Assembly: GCF_006345805.1 (NCBI RefSeq)
Contig: NC_043014.1
Location: 39,928,001 to 39,992,000, forward strand
Source of the DNA: Octopus sinensis
Lineage: Eukaryota
Length of the DNA stretch: 64,000 nucleotides
Direction of reading: 5' to 3'
Shown: positions 10,575 through 22,934 of the stretch, piece after piece
How positions within the stretch are numbered: the first letter of the stretch is position 1
Layout: the number at the start of each line of letters is the position of its first letter
Notes under the pieces: model-generated
What the model was told of the DNA's origin: nothing
Database searches by the model: none
The model's input: only the letters and a program-made list of their open reading frames with translations
Made by a program: the position numbers and the translations under genes

Positions 10575-12262
10575 ATGTTACATTACTCGGTAGTCAAGAT
10601 AACTCTGAGTTTCAGATGCCGAAGTGGAAATCCACAACACCATCTCTTCGGTTATCTGGCTATTTGAAAACGTTATGAAAAAATACCGTTAAAAATGAAG
10701 GGAAATTACTCTTGTTATAACTCTGCTTTGCCTGCGTACTTATACATCGCTCGCATTTTTCGTCATAAAAATTATATAAAAATACATAAAAATATATAAA
10801 AATATAAAATCTTCTTGGGACATAACACAGAAAGCATGTTCTATCCGTTTTCTTAGGGGACCAAAAACGTAACAGAAATTTAGTCACATGTGGGCATGAT
10901 CCGAAAAGCTCTGTCCTTGTATTTAGACATGTGGTAGGGTCTAAGCTGCTTTTCCAGATAAGCCATCTCTCCATGTCGCATAAACCGCACCTTCCGCTGC
11001 CGTTAGTATAGGGCTTACATCTGGCCAAAATCTTCCATTGTATGTTATAATCGGCACCTTTATCTCTTAAAGACCAAATATGATTGTAATTGTGTCGCTT
11101 TTCTTTTGTTCCAGTGCCTAAAGCTCAAAGTGTGGTTATTGAACCTGGCCTTGAAATTACCCTCTGTCAGGCCCACGTATTTCTTCGTCGAAATGGTGTC
11201 TTTAGTGGTTATAGAGTTTACGGTAGCTTCATATATGATGGTCTTGGACATGCAAGCTCCATTTAGCGGGCACAATTCTTTATTCCTGCATGAACAGCTG
11301 TTTTCTTCTTGTGTTTTTTGTATGTTATGATTGATTATGTTTTTAAATTGGTAGTTGAACTAAAACTAATTTTTAAATTGTGTCTATTGAAGAGTTTCCT
11401 ATAAGCATGTTAACTGGAAAATGTCTATCTATCAGTGCTAGGAAATATTTACCTATATTGAAGGCCACCTCGGGTGAGTAAGGGGGCGTAAACCAGATGA
11501 CCTTCCTATTTCTATTATTCCTTTTCCTTATTGTTGGGCTGGTGATAGGTGTATATTTTATTTTTTCACTAAAACCACTATCTTTTAAAGCTTTATTATA
11601 AACTGGGGCAACGCTATTGAAGATGTCCTCATTAGATGAGAGGCTAGAAATCCTCTTACTAATATTTTTAACTAAATTTTTGAATACTATAGGGGGATGG
11701 CATGAACCTACATTAATATAACTTAGTCTATCATTGGGCTTCCTATAAGGCTTATAAATATTATTATTAAGATCTAAGGAAACGTCTAAGAAATTGACAA
11801 CCGTCAGGTTAGTGTCTATAGTTATACTAAGTCCGAAGTGTTTCATTAACTGGATAATATCCTTCCTAAAACGATCTTGTGCTGGTCCATTTGTATTAGC
11901 TGTTAAGGCGAGGGCATCATCTTTGTAGATGGCAAAATGTACGTTAGGGAATGTCTTACCGAAGGTATCTAGGAGAAAGAGTCCAATTAGATCACAGATG
12001 CCTGCCCCATCATATGAACCCATGCTCACATCGAAAGCGCCCTCCGTGTCGGTGTTTTTTACCCACTTTGCATTCTCACTGAAAAGTAATGTCTTTCTAG
12101 CATGGAAGATTATATCCTTATCATTGGTACTAATTTCTATGAAGTCACTAGCGAAGATTAGGGCTTTATCTAGCAGTTCTTTAGAGATAGAGGCATAAAA
12201 ATCACTTCGGCATCTGAAACTCAGAGTTTTATCTTGACTACCGAGTAATGTAACATATTGTA
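10569..12262 (-). mobile_element. 5'-truncated Penelope-like element (Naiad-like RT + GIY-YIG) with inverted terminal repeat
   Basis: DFYASIS...FDVSMGSYDGAGICDLIG, YKDD, FLDV, YRKPN, then CSC..CPLNGAC..IIYEATV..YVGLTEGNFKARFNNH and CGLC; frameshifts near 11410 and 11090; 10569-10626 is the reverse complement of 12203-12262. Confidence 0.9.
10597..10657 (-). ncRNA. Degenerate hammerhead-like motif in the Penelope terminal repeat
   Basis: AGATAA-CCGAAGA-GATG..CATC-T-GAAA-CTCAGAGT-TATCT; extra T before GAAA, and 2 nt shorter than the 12203-12262 copy. Confidence 0.4.
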
Positions 12263-12600
12263 TAGATAAATTTCCTCTATTTACATAATATTGAGGTCTC
12301 TTTCTTTCTTTTGTTTTCTTACCGTTTTATCAATATATATATATATATTATATATATATATATGTATGTATGTGTGTGTATATGTTTCTGTGTTTGTCCC
12401 CCAAACATTGCTTGACAACTGATGCTGGTGTGTTTACGTCCCTGTAACTTAGCAGTTCAGCAAAAGAGACTGATAGAATAAGTACTAGGCTTACAAAGAA
12501 TAAGTCCTGGGGTCGATTTGCTCGACTAAAGGTGGTGCTCCAGCATGGCCGCAGTCAAATGACTGAAATAAGTAAAGGAGTAAAAGAGATATGCGTGCAT

Positions 12601-12639
<39 letters not shown>

Positions 12640-13014
12640 GAGCTTCCACTCAGTTTCCATGTACCAACCATAAGGTTTTGATGAACCCAGGTCTATAGTA
12701 GAAGACACTTGCCCAAGGTGCCATGCAGTAGGACTGAACCTGAAACCACATTGTTGCAAAGCAAGCTTCTCAACTACACAACCATGCCTGTGCCTATATC
12801 TTTTATCTTTTACTTGTTTGATTCAGTAGACTGTGGCCATGCTGGAGCACCACTTTGAAGAACTTTTAGTCAAATGAATTGACACAGGTACTTATTTCTT
12901 TTAAAACCTGGTACTTATTCTATCAGTCTCTTTTGCTGCACCACTAAGTTACAGGAACATCAGCAAACCAGCACCAGTTGTCAAGTGGCAGACAAACACA
13001 CATAGATACATATA

Positions 13015-13482
13015 CAGGGATTGGACAAAATAATGGAAAAACCTAGCATCATAATTTTGAAATATCTATAAAACCGTCAAAATCTTGTTTATTTTCATGT
13101 TTTTTGATTTATTATTAGTGTTGCTTAATATGTTTTGCTAAAATTGCTATTTATTTTCAGATATCATCCAAAAAAGGTAATTAAAATTCATTAAAATGAC
13201 TGATCCATCGGACTTTCAAAGAGGTCAAATTGTTGGTGCTCGTATGACAGGCGCTAGCGTAATGGAAACAGCTGAAATGTTTGGTGTATCAAGAAGTACT
13301 GTCTCAAAAGTAATGACAGCCTTTGAGAAAGAGGGAAAAACCTGCTCATCGAAACAAAATTCCTTTAGAAAATCAAAACTTTCAGATAGGGACCATTGGA
13401 CTCTTACATGAATTGTTAGAAAGGATCACAAAAGTACGACTCCCAAAATTGCTGCAGAACTTCATGACTACCTCGAGAACCC
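13015..13482 (+). mobile_element. Tc1-like transposon 5' fragment
   Basis: TA|CAGGGATTGGACAAAATAATGGAAA TIR; HTH region SDFQRGQIVGAR..VSRSTVSKV..GRKSKLSDRD with in-frame stop. Confidence 0.85.
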
Positions 13483-14802
13483 GAGGCTACAGCAGAAGAC
13501 ACTTGTCCAAAATGCCATGACTGGTACTTATTCTATTTTACTCTTTTTTTTTTTTTTTACTTGTTTCAGTCATTTGACTGTGGCCATGCTGGAGCACCGC
13601 CTTTAATCGAGCAACTCGACCCCGGGACTTATTCTTTTGTAAGCCCAGTACTTATTCTATCAGTCTGTTTTGCCGAACCGCTAAGTAACGGGGACATAAA
13701 CACACCAGCATCGGTTGTCAAGCAATGCTAGGGGGACAAACACAGACACACAAACATACACACACACACACATATATATATACATATATACGACGGGCTT
13801 CTTTCAGTTTCCGTCTACCAAATCCACTCACAAGGCTTTGGTCGGCCTGAGGCTATAGTAGAAGACACTTGCCCAAAGTGCCATGCAGTGGGACTGAACC
13901 CGGAACCATGTGGTTGGTAAACAAGCTACTTACCACACAGCCACTCCTACGCCTATGGGTCATTGGTCATCTTTGTTGAACAACTAAGTTATAGGGATGT
14001 AAACACAAGCACCAGTTGTCAAGTGGTAATGAGGGACAAACAGACACAAAGACACACACACATATATATATGTATATTCGACGGGCTATTTTCAGTTTCC
14101 ATCTACCAAATCCACTCACAAGGCTTTAGTCAACCTGAGGCTACAGCAGAAGACACTTGCCCCAGGTGCCACACAATGTGACTGAACACATGTGACTGGG
14201 AATCAAACTTCTTACCACACAGCCAAGCTTGCATCTATATGTGTACTTCTTTTGAGGAATCCATTAATGAATAAATTGAAAATTTACAATATATATGTGT
14301 CTTTGGAGTATTTGCAAAGAGACAAAGATCTCTTGGTTGCTATAAAGCTACAGTAATAACCCCCTCCCCAATGTGGTTAGCCATGATAAGATGGCTTCTA
14401 TACTTTACATTATCGAGCGATTACTGTTTCAATCTCATTCTGAGATTTAATTATGCTTACTGTTCGTTTTTTGACATCAGTGGCAGACACCATTAGAAAA
14501 ACTTATATCTATTTGCAAAGGAGCCTTCACTTTCATCGCTACCTGGTGTTTTTTGAATTTTTCCTCGGCGTATACCAATATTTTTCTGTTGCTGCAAATC
14601 GTTGTGTGAGTTTGTTTCCGTTTGTCTACTCTGTCGTGTTACAAGTAATATCATTGTTGAACTGTTTTTGACCCAGTAATTTTCGCCCTTCGGGGTAGAA
14701 AATTTCTGTGTGCTGTTTTGTGTGAACTCTTAACCTGTATAGGTTATTTTTGGAAAAAAAAAAAATTCTCTTGTCATTTGTGACAAGTTTGTGTTGTCTA
14801 AT

Positions 14803-15921
14803 ATGGAATTAGACTTAAGTTCAAAAAAAGACTTTCCCGAGATGGGAGAAAGTATAACAACTGTTAAACAAAAGGAAACACAGACAAAACCCAGTTTTTC
14901 AGACGCCGTAGGTGGCGAAGTCGAGAAAAGAAAGGAGGTATCAATGGAAAGATTATTCAAGTTTAGATCGCTGGTGCAAAAAAGTGGTGAAGAAACACGA
15001 TTGGTACCGCCCCCCGAAACTATACAAGCAATAAAGGAAAAAATGGTCACCTACAGGGTGTACAATATCAAGGAAAAACGAATGACCGACGTGAAAAACG
15101 AAATGGTCGAAAAGTGTATGGCTCCAATATGGAGTAAAGTTAGTCATGTCAACCGAGGTGCAAGAAGCGCTACAGTGGAGGCGCATTTTGAAACGGCGGA
15201 AGTAGCAAGGCAAATTTCGACACAAACGTTGAAAAACGAGAGTATAATACTGCTACCCTTATATTTAGGATGCAGAACCGCAAAAGTGACCCTAGAAGAT
15301 ATACCAACGGGCTACGACGTGATGTGGGCGGCAACAGCGGTCATTTTTGATGTTGAATCAAAATTGACAATTTTAAGTATGAAGAGAAAAATTGCAAAAC
15401 ACTGGAGAGGCCAGCAGCTGGAGATGATAATCCAGGCGGAAAATGCGACGTTGGAAAGCCTACCAGACAGAGTCTTCGTGGGGGAGGGGCACTCCATACG
15501 AGTTTCGGTGGAAGGACGCAGGCCCAGATGTTTTAAGTGCGGGCAAAAGGGCCACGTTCGCTCCGTTTGCACAAAAAAAAATAATGCGGGCAACGCCCCC
15601 CCACAAAACGCTGTGAAGAACGCAGAAAGCAGCAAAGTGGAGAAAAAAGTAACGGCTGGCGAAAACAAGGAGGAAAAAATAAACAGGTCGAACTCCAAAA
15701 AGGAGGAAGACAAGAACGAAATGCAAAATGAGAAAGGAAAGGATGAGGAAAATAATGCAACAAAAACAAATAAACAAGAAGACATGGAATTTACGAACGT
15801 GTCCAACAAAAGGAAAAAATCCATCACCCCTGACTCCCCACCCGTATCAAAAAAAAAAAACAACGCAGACGAACAAATAAAAATATTCTCCAATCCCACC
15901 CCGGCGGTACTACACTTATAG
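14803..15921 (+). CDS. LINE ORF1 (gag-like, CCHC zinc knuckle)
   Basis: ATG at 14803; CFKCGQKGHVRSVC knuckle then Lys/Glu-rich tail; 16005-16313 may be a disrupted continuation. Confidence 0.85.
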   Translation: MELDLSSKKDFPEMGESITTVKQKETQTKPSFSDAVGGEVEKRKEVSMERLFKFRSLVQKSGEETRLVPPPETIQAIKEKMVTYRVYNIKEKRMTDVKNEMVEKCMAPIWSKVSHVNRGARSATVEAHFETAEVARQISTQTLKNESIILLPLYLGCRTAKVTLEDIPTGYDVMWAATAVIFDVESKLTILSMKRKIAKHWRGQQLEMIIQAENATLESLPDRVFVGEGHSIRVSVEGRRPRCFKCGQKGHVRSVCTKKNNAGNAPPQNAVKNAESSKVEKKVTAGENKEEKINRSNSKKEEDKNEMQNEKGKDEENNATKTNKQEDMEFTNVSNKRKKSITPDSPPVSKKKNNADEQIKIFSNPTPAVLHL

Positions 15922-16336
15922 GCCAGCACTTTAACAAACCCCACCCCCCAACTGTAAAAGGGTTTAAACCCAACGAAAAAATTATTGCATACACCACAAA
16001 GAACGTGAGAGTAGAAACATGGGTGAAAGCAAGTACGCTGATCAGGTGCTACAAAGCGACCGAGAAGGAAGCGGAGTGGCGATATGGAAGGGTCGGCGAA
16101 GAAGGATGGAAAGACAAAACCTTACAAAGCCACGTAAAAGCCGGCTTCATTAAGGATGTCACCCAGGAGGTGACAACTGGGAAATTACCCGTTAGCCCGG
16201 CAGCCACACCAACCCAGAGCCCGGTGGCAACGCCGGTGAAACACCCAACAGCAACGGCGAGTGGGGGGGAGACAGGCAGAAAGAATCTGTCAGGCTCCCT
16301 CTCGCAACCGTGAGTAAATAATTTTCTTTTTTCTCG

Positions 16337-19300
16337 ATGATTAAGTTAGGTTGTATAAATGTGCGTGGAATGGGATCGAAATGGAAACAGGCTTGTTTTC
16401 GTGACGACCTCATTTCACATAGAATCGAAGTAGTAGTTATTGAGTCCAAGATGAAGGGACCCCAAGCGTTCTCACCACTTCTCAATGGTTACGAGAAATT
16501 TATTTCTCCTAGCCGAGGGGGAGGTGCAGGCGTGGCAGTTCTTTTCAGGAAGAACTTGGACTTACAGGTAAGTACTGTCTTTTTGGACCCAGAAGGTAGG
16601 CTGGTTGTCCTAGATGTGACGCACGTGAGTAAGCAGTCCTTCAGGTTGGTGGCTGTCTACGCTCCTAACGGACGTGGGCAGACCGGTTTTTATCGGGAAC
16701 TGGAGCACTTTCTAGTGACGTCCAAAACGGTAGTCTTGGTAGGGGATTTCAACACCATTCTCGATGCGCGGGTGGATGGTGTAGGCTCGAGCGATAGGAA
16801 GGGGAATCCTGGCCTCAAGGCTCTACTAGCGAGCTTTAATCTAGTAGACCGTTTTCGACTGGATGAGCCGAACGTTCCACAGTGGACGTGGAGTAATAAC
16901 GACGGCTCACTCAGATCGTACATAGATAGAGTATTTGTTAAGGAACGAGATAGGAATAGTGTTAGCTGTCCACAATTCTCTGTTGTGCCTTACACGGATC
17001 ACAAACTTGTAACGTGTGAGGTACATGTAGATAAATGCCATAGACAAGGTCCCGGGTACTGGAAGATGAACAAGTCTATTTTGACCTGTGAAGCTTTCCG
17101 TACCCGGATTAAGGAATTAGTACAGAGGGCATTATGTGGCACCATCATTAATAATAGATGGTGGCTCGCCCTCAAAAGAGCCATCCGTTTGGAGTCCATT
17201 AGATTTAGCAAGCAGCTAAGTTTAGATAGGACTAGAATAGAGGGCGAATTAGTTAAGAACTTAGACGAGGCTATGGAATCTGGCTGTGCATCCGGAGTGT
17301 TGGCAGCGAGAGCGGTATTGTACCGTCACCTCAACGCCAAGCACGAGGGGTGTAGAGTCAGAGCTAAGTTACGTGCAGGAAAACGAGAAGGTATTAACGT
17401 TGCCGGATGGGCCCGTCGTGAGGAGAGTCAGAAGGGCAAAAAGTCCTGTATTATGTCCTTAACTGACGAGCAGGACCGCAAGATCTATGGACAGGAGGAG
17501 ATGCAGAAGGTCCTTCACCAGCATTTCGCACGGCTGTTTGGGGGCGGTGGCCCGCTCGAGCGTGGGGAGACCTTAAAGGACTTCCTAGCTGGTGGGCCTC
17601 GGCTCTCGGCAGGTGAGGCGGAGTGCTGTGAAGGATCGATCTCTCCCGCAGAGGTAAGAGGGGTTATGGCCGAGTGCGCCGGGGAAAAGTCACCGGGATT
17701 GGATGGTACCCTATGAATTTTATTGTTGTATGCCGGACTTGTTCGGGGACATACTGGCAAGCGTCTATGCAAACTGGCAACAGAATGGGAGGATTCCCAG
17801 CTCTGTGAGTCGGGGAGTTGTGACGCTGGTCCAGAAAGACCCGAGCAAGGGGGACAGTATTAGTAATTACAGGCCCATAACTCTACTTAATGTAGAGTTT
17901 AAGATTTTGGCCAAGGTGTTAGCAAAAAGGTTGACGGCTGTCGTGAAGAAACTTGTCGGGAAGGCACAGACATGTGCAATCCCAGGCAGGTCGATCCAGG
18001 ATAATCTTCACCTTCTCCGCTACACTATAGATAGGGTCGGGAAATTAGACGGCAAAGGAGGGGCATTGGTCCATTTAGACCAAAGTAAAGCGTTTGATAG
18101 GGTGGACCATCGGTACTTGGCGGCGGTTCTCGAAGCGGCTGGGCTGGGCCCTGGCTTCTGCGGGTGGATCTCAGCTATGTACAGCGGCATCAAGTCCACA
18201 GTCCAGATAAACGGTTACCTAACGGAGCCGTTTTCGATCAAGCGTTCAGTTCGACAAGGGTGCCCCTTGTCCCCGCTCCTGTATGTTTTGGCTCTTGAGC
18301 CATTGCTGCGGAAGCTGGAGAAGTTGGGAGGCAACCCTAATGAAATCGGATGCGGTAAGTCTGTTTCTGCCTATGCGGATGACGTCACCCTCATCGTGTC
18401 CAACGGAACACAGCTACCTCGGGTAGTAGGTGCTCTCCATAGATACGAAGCGGTGGCAGGGGCAAAAGTTAACAGGGACAAGTCCATCGGTTTGCGCCTC
18501 GGCACCTGGAGGAACAAGCAGATACCGTCCAGTGTTGTTGGACACTGGACGGATGGTCCTGTTAAATTGCTCGGAGTATGGTTTGGTCCAGACTCCCAGA
18601 CGGAGAAGAATTGGAGCGAGGTAACGAGCAAGGTGGATGCCATAGTACGGAAGTGGTCCGGAAGGCATCTTTCCTTGAAAGGGAGGGCGGAGGTGGCACA
18701 GATGTTTATAGCCTCTGTCGTCACCTACCGCCTGACCGTCGTGCCTTGCCCCGATTCGTGGTTAAACAAGTTGGAACGACTTCTTTTCCGCTTTTTGTGG
18801 AAAGGAGGAAAGCCACTTGTGAGACGCTCCGTGTGTTGCCAGGAACCGCTAAAGGGTGGACTGGGGATGCCTTGGCTAATGATGCGCAAGCATGCGTTGA
18901 GGCTGAGACACCTCTGGTGTTACCTGGAGGATGATAAGGTGTGGAGTTCGCTGGCAGAGGAATTCTTCCCGCGACCGGCCTCTATGGAGGGATTTACACC
19001 CGGTCTCATTAAAGGACGTAAACTGACTTCATGGCAGAAGGAGTGCCGACAGGCACTCTGGCTGATCCACAAGATGGGTAAGGCCGGCAGCGGGAATACC
19101 ACCTCGGTGTTCTATAAAGGGCTGGTAGGAGGAAAAAATGACGACGTCCTAGGAAGGGCTCTGGGGTTCGATGAGGATCAACTCTCCAACCTGTTTAAGA
19201 AGACTTTCAGGCCGGGGTATTTGGATAATTACCAAAAATCCCTGACCTGGCAGTGCTATAGGAATGCATTACCTGTTCGCGAGAAGTTATCCAGGCACGG

Positions 19301-19723
19301 AATGTCAGTGCCACCGACGTGTCCAAGATGTGGGTTGGACGATGATGAAACGTTCAACACGCTTTTGTACAATGTCGGGAGCTGTCAGGCTTGATAAGTT
19401 ACGTGGAACACGTGTTGTCGCATCTGGGACGAGTACAGCTGTCGGCTGGATCTATGATTAAGATGATACCGCCAACTGGACTCTCAAAGGAAGGTAAGGC
19501 TTGTTTTTACTGTACGGTGGCAGTATTGAAAGAGTGTGTATGGAGAACTAGAGTGGAAGGTCTAGTGAAAGGGTCCTTTATCTCTGGCCCCGGTTTGTTA
19601 AAATACTTCGGATATCATCTGAAGAGCAAGATGGGGTTGGAGAAGAGGAGCCTGCCACAGAAAGAGTATATGGAACGTTGGAAGGATGTGATGAGAAAGG
19701 TGGGTGAGAGTAGCCCAGCTTAA
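16337..19723 (+). pseudogene. LINE ORF2 (APE endonuclease + reverse transcriptase), two frameshifts
   Basis: INVRG, GDFN and DH APE motifs; PGLDG|PYEF broken at ~17706; RT motifs NYRPITLLN, LDQSKAFDRV, QGCPLSP, YADD; a 1-nt shift at ~19352 breaks CPRCG..ETVQHAFVQC. Confidence 0.92.
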
Positions 19724-20095
19724 TCATCGAGGAAAGGAAAAATCAGCTGCTGGGATTTATAGGCTGCCGGGTTCAAAATTGAAACTGGTACCTCCCATTA
19801 CCTTTCACTGTACATAACTGTTTAAAATAAAGAATTAATAATAAAAAAACAGAAATGAAAAAGAAACATACGCACTAAAAGTTCTCGTGATAAAGGCAAA
19901 AGTAAGCCAAGGTTTCGTTTCAAGGCAAAGTAAGCCAAGTTTTCGTTCAAGTGACATAAAATTTTAATTTTGTAATTTTTAAATTTCATTCGAACTCGCA
20001 TAGCATTTTTGTAACTGTTTTGTCCTGTAATGTATCCATTCTATGTTAGATCTATTGATCATAATAAAGAAAATTTCATCGCTACCTGGTGGTTC

Positions 20096-20137
20096 CGCCC
20101 GTTGACGAGGGACAACATCCCGAAACTAGTTCGAGCG
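20096..20137 (+). ncRNA. Type I hammerhead ribozyme-like motif (C3U, GUU site)
   Basis: CGCCCG-TTGACGA-GGGA-caaca-TCCC-GAAA-CTAGT-T-CGAGCG; stem I 5/6 bp, stem II 4 bp, palindromic ACTAGT. Confidence 0.65.
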
Positions 20138-20789
20138 TATCACTCAGGCTTGCGAGGAAGGGATGGCCTCCCTTTGCAAATACTCCAAAGACACAGATAT
20201 TGTGTTTAGAGCCAGCTAGAGACGAAGATCTCTTGGGGCTATAAAGCTACAGTAACAACCCCCTCCCCAATGTGGTTAGCCATGATAAGATGGCTTCTAT
20301 ACTTTACATTACAGTATATAGTTCTTTCTTTATTTTAAAGACTTTGTAAGGTTGGAAAATTCTTGTTGTTCTCAAGTGATTGAGTTAATACTTTTCTCCT
20401 AAAAATGATTATCAATTTGAATTGCTAACCAGTAAATAATTTGCCAATTATATAATCTAGATTGCTACATTAACAGCAGAACACGGGAATAACTTGTAAA
20501 AGGATTGAACAGAACCATAACATTTTCTTCCTTTGGTTTTTTATTTTTTTATTTATTTACTCTTTTACTCTTTTACTTGTTTCAGTCATTTGACTGCGGC
20601 CATGCTGGAGCACCGCCTTTAGTCGAGCAAATCGACCCCGGGACTTATTCTTTGTAAGCCCAGTACTTGTTCTTTCGGTCTCTTTTGCCGAACCAGTAAG
20701 TGACGGGGACGTAAACACACCAGCATCGGTTGTCAAGCAATGCTAGAGGGACAAACACAGACACACAAACATATACACACACATACATA

Positions 20790-20830
<41 letters not shown>

Positions 20831-21977
20831 TACGACAGGCTTCTTTCAGTTTCCGTCTACCAAATCCATTCACAAGGCATTGGTCGGCCCAAGGCTATAG
20901 CAGAGGACACTTGCCCAAGATGCCACGCAGTGGGACTGAACCCGGAACCATGTGGTTGGTAGGCAAGCTACTTACCACACAGCCACTCCTATTTTTGTAA
21001 AATTCCTTTTTTGATTTGCTTCAAACTAGTAGAAGCAAATTTCTTCATTTTCCTCTTGCCATTTCTTTTATGTCTAATTTTGCAAATATATTTTTATGCT
21101 GTTAAAATAAATGTGTTTATAATTGTTTGCCCTTTCTACCGTCAAACCACAAAAACTGGAAATTATCCCTTTAACATCTAAATCATCCATATCCAACCAA
21201 AATATTCTACCAGTTTTATGTTTGAATTGGACAGATTTGGCCTGTTGCGTCTACCCTACAATGTCATTCTACAAAATAAACAATCACATCATTGAATTCT
21301 CAGAGCCACAAGATAATGTACAATTAATTCAAACCAATGTGAATAAATAAGCATTGCATTTGACAGAGTAATCTGAATGCTAAAGACTTAACTCTTTCAA
21401 TACTAACCCGGCTGAAACCAGCTCTGATTCTGTAAAACAAATGTCTTGTTTTTCATAAGTTTTGAATTAAAATCTTCCATCAAACCTTAGTCACAATTTA
21501 TGTTCCTAACACTAGCTTTATGATAACTAAGTTATTTTACTAAATTCTTTGTTATATTTAAAGTAATTGAAAGGAACACAGAGCATCTCAAAGTTCCATG
21601 TAGTGGGACGGAACCTGGAATAATATTGTTGAGAACAGTTATTTTGACTAGCAGGACTTGTGAATATTTCATGGAATTAATGGTAAATCTATTGGATTAT
21701 TTCTGAAAACTTCTGAAAGTCAAAGTCAACCTCTGGGTTCAAATTCTGCTGAGGTCGACTTTACCTTTCATCCTTTCGGGGTCGATAAATTAAGTACCAG
21801 TTACGCACTGGGGTCGATGTAATCAACTTAATCCATTTGTCTGTCCTTGTTTGTCCCCTCTGTGTTTAGCCCCTTGTGGGTAGTAAAGAAATATATTTCT
21901 GAAAACTTTATCCAAAAACCTGAAAGTGGAGCCTGTGTTGTGTCTGTATGGAAAGATAGTCACTCACATGCTACTCA

Positions 21978-22374
21978 TCTATATATATAAAAGTGAGGTT
22001 GGGTGGTGTGTGTCTCCTACGATTTAGATTCCTAACTACTACCACATTTTGCGGTGCAGTTTAACCAAAACCGGGTATCTTATAGTTGTGATTCATATCG
22101 AGCCCTTCTGGGTATTAGCGCGCGTCTACGATGAGTCTACGATTTAAAAAAAAAATTTACCATCATTTTTTTCCCATTTTTAATGCATTTTTGGCATATA
22201 TAAGGGAAGTAACTCTCTAAAAATGTATTATTAAATCTCAGAACGTAAAAAGCTACAGTAACACCCCCCTTTGTGGTTAGCCATGTTGAGATGTCTATTA
22301 TACTTTACATCTCTAAAAATGCTTATGTAGTTATTTCCCTTACAAACCCAAGCAACGCCGGGCGATACTGCTAG
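21978..22374 (+). mobile_element. Non-autonomous Helitron with internal cassette
   Basis: A|TCTATATATATAAAAG ... GCAACGCCGGGCGATACTGCTAG|T. Confidence 0.85.
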
Positions 22375-22934
22375 TTAAAAAATGAAAGGAATTAGAATAT
22401 AATGATTACTTAATGCACTTTATATACTTTATGCACAGTTTTATAGACTTGATACACAGCACTCATAAAATAAATATTCACTCTTATTTTTCTATTTTTT
22501 TCCCTGAACAAAAAAAATATTTCATACATATGATACAACCTTTAGTTAAATTACATATATCTGCCACGTAAATAGTGCGTAACTGGTACTTAATTTATCG
22601 ACCCCGAAAGGATGAAAGGTAAAGTCGACCTTGGCGGAATTTGAACCCAGAGGTCGACTTTGCCTTTCAGAAGTTTTCAGAAATAATCCAATAGATTTAC
22701 CATTAATTCCATGAAATATTCACAGCTCCTGCTAGTCAAAATAACTGTTCTCAACAATATAAAAAACTTAGTTCAATTAAAACAAAATACGCTTTTCACC
22801 ATCCAATCACCACCTCTACCACTACCACCATCACCATCATCTCTCTCTTTCTCTCCTTCTTCTCTCTCTCCCTTCTTTATCACTCTCCCTCTCACCTCTC
22901 TCTCTCTCTCTGCTTTTCTTTAACATCACCCATC

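Larger units (their letters stand above)
14549..20073 (+). mobile_element. Near full-length Tx1/L1-clade non-LTR retrotransposon (~5.5 kb)
   Basis: ORF1 + ORF2 (APE, RT, C-terminal zinc motif); AATAAA at ~20063 and short A tail; 18-bp TSD TTTCATCGCTACCTGGTG at 14531-14548 and 20074-20091. Confidence 0.92.

Noticed and set aside
10660-12203. Selenocysteine-encoding Naiad
   Set aside because: Cys positions in the CSC/CPL.G.C/CGLC motifs are TGT or TGC, and I saw no in-frame TGA at conserved sites.
14500-20170. snRNA, tRNA or 5S gene as the Tx1 target
   Set aside because: The reconstructed empty site did not match U1, U2, U4, U5, U6 or tRNA sequences as I remember them; an Rfam search is still needed to exclude other RNAs.
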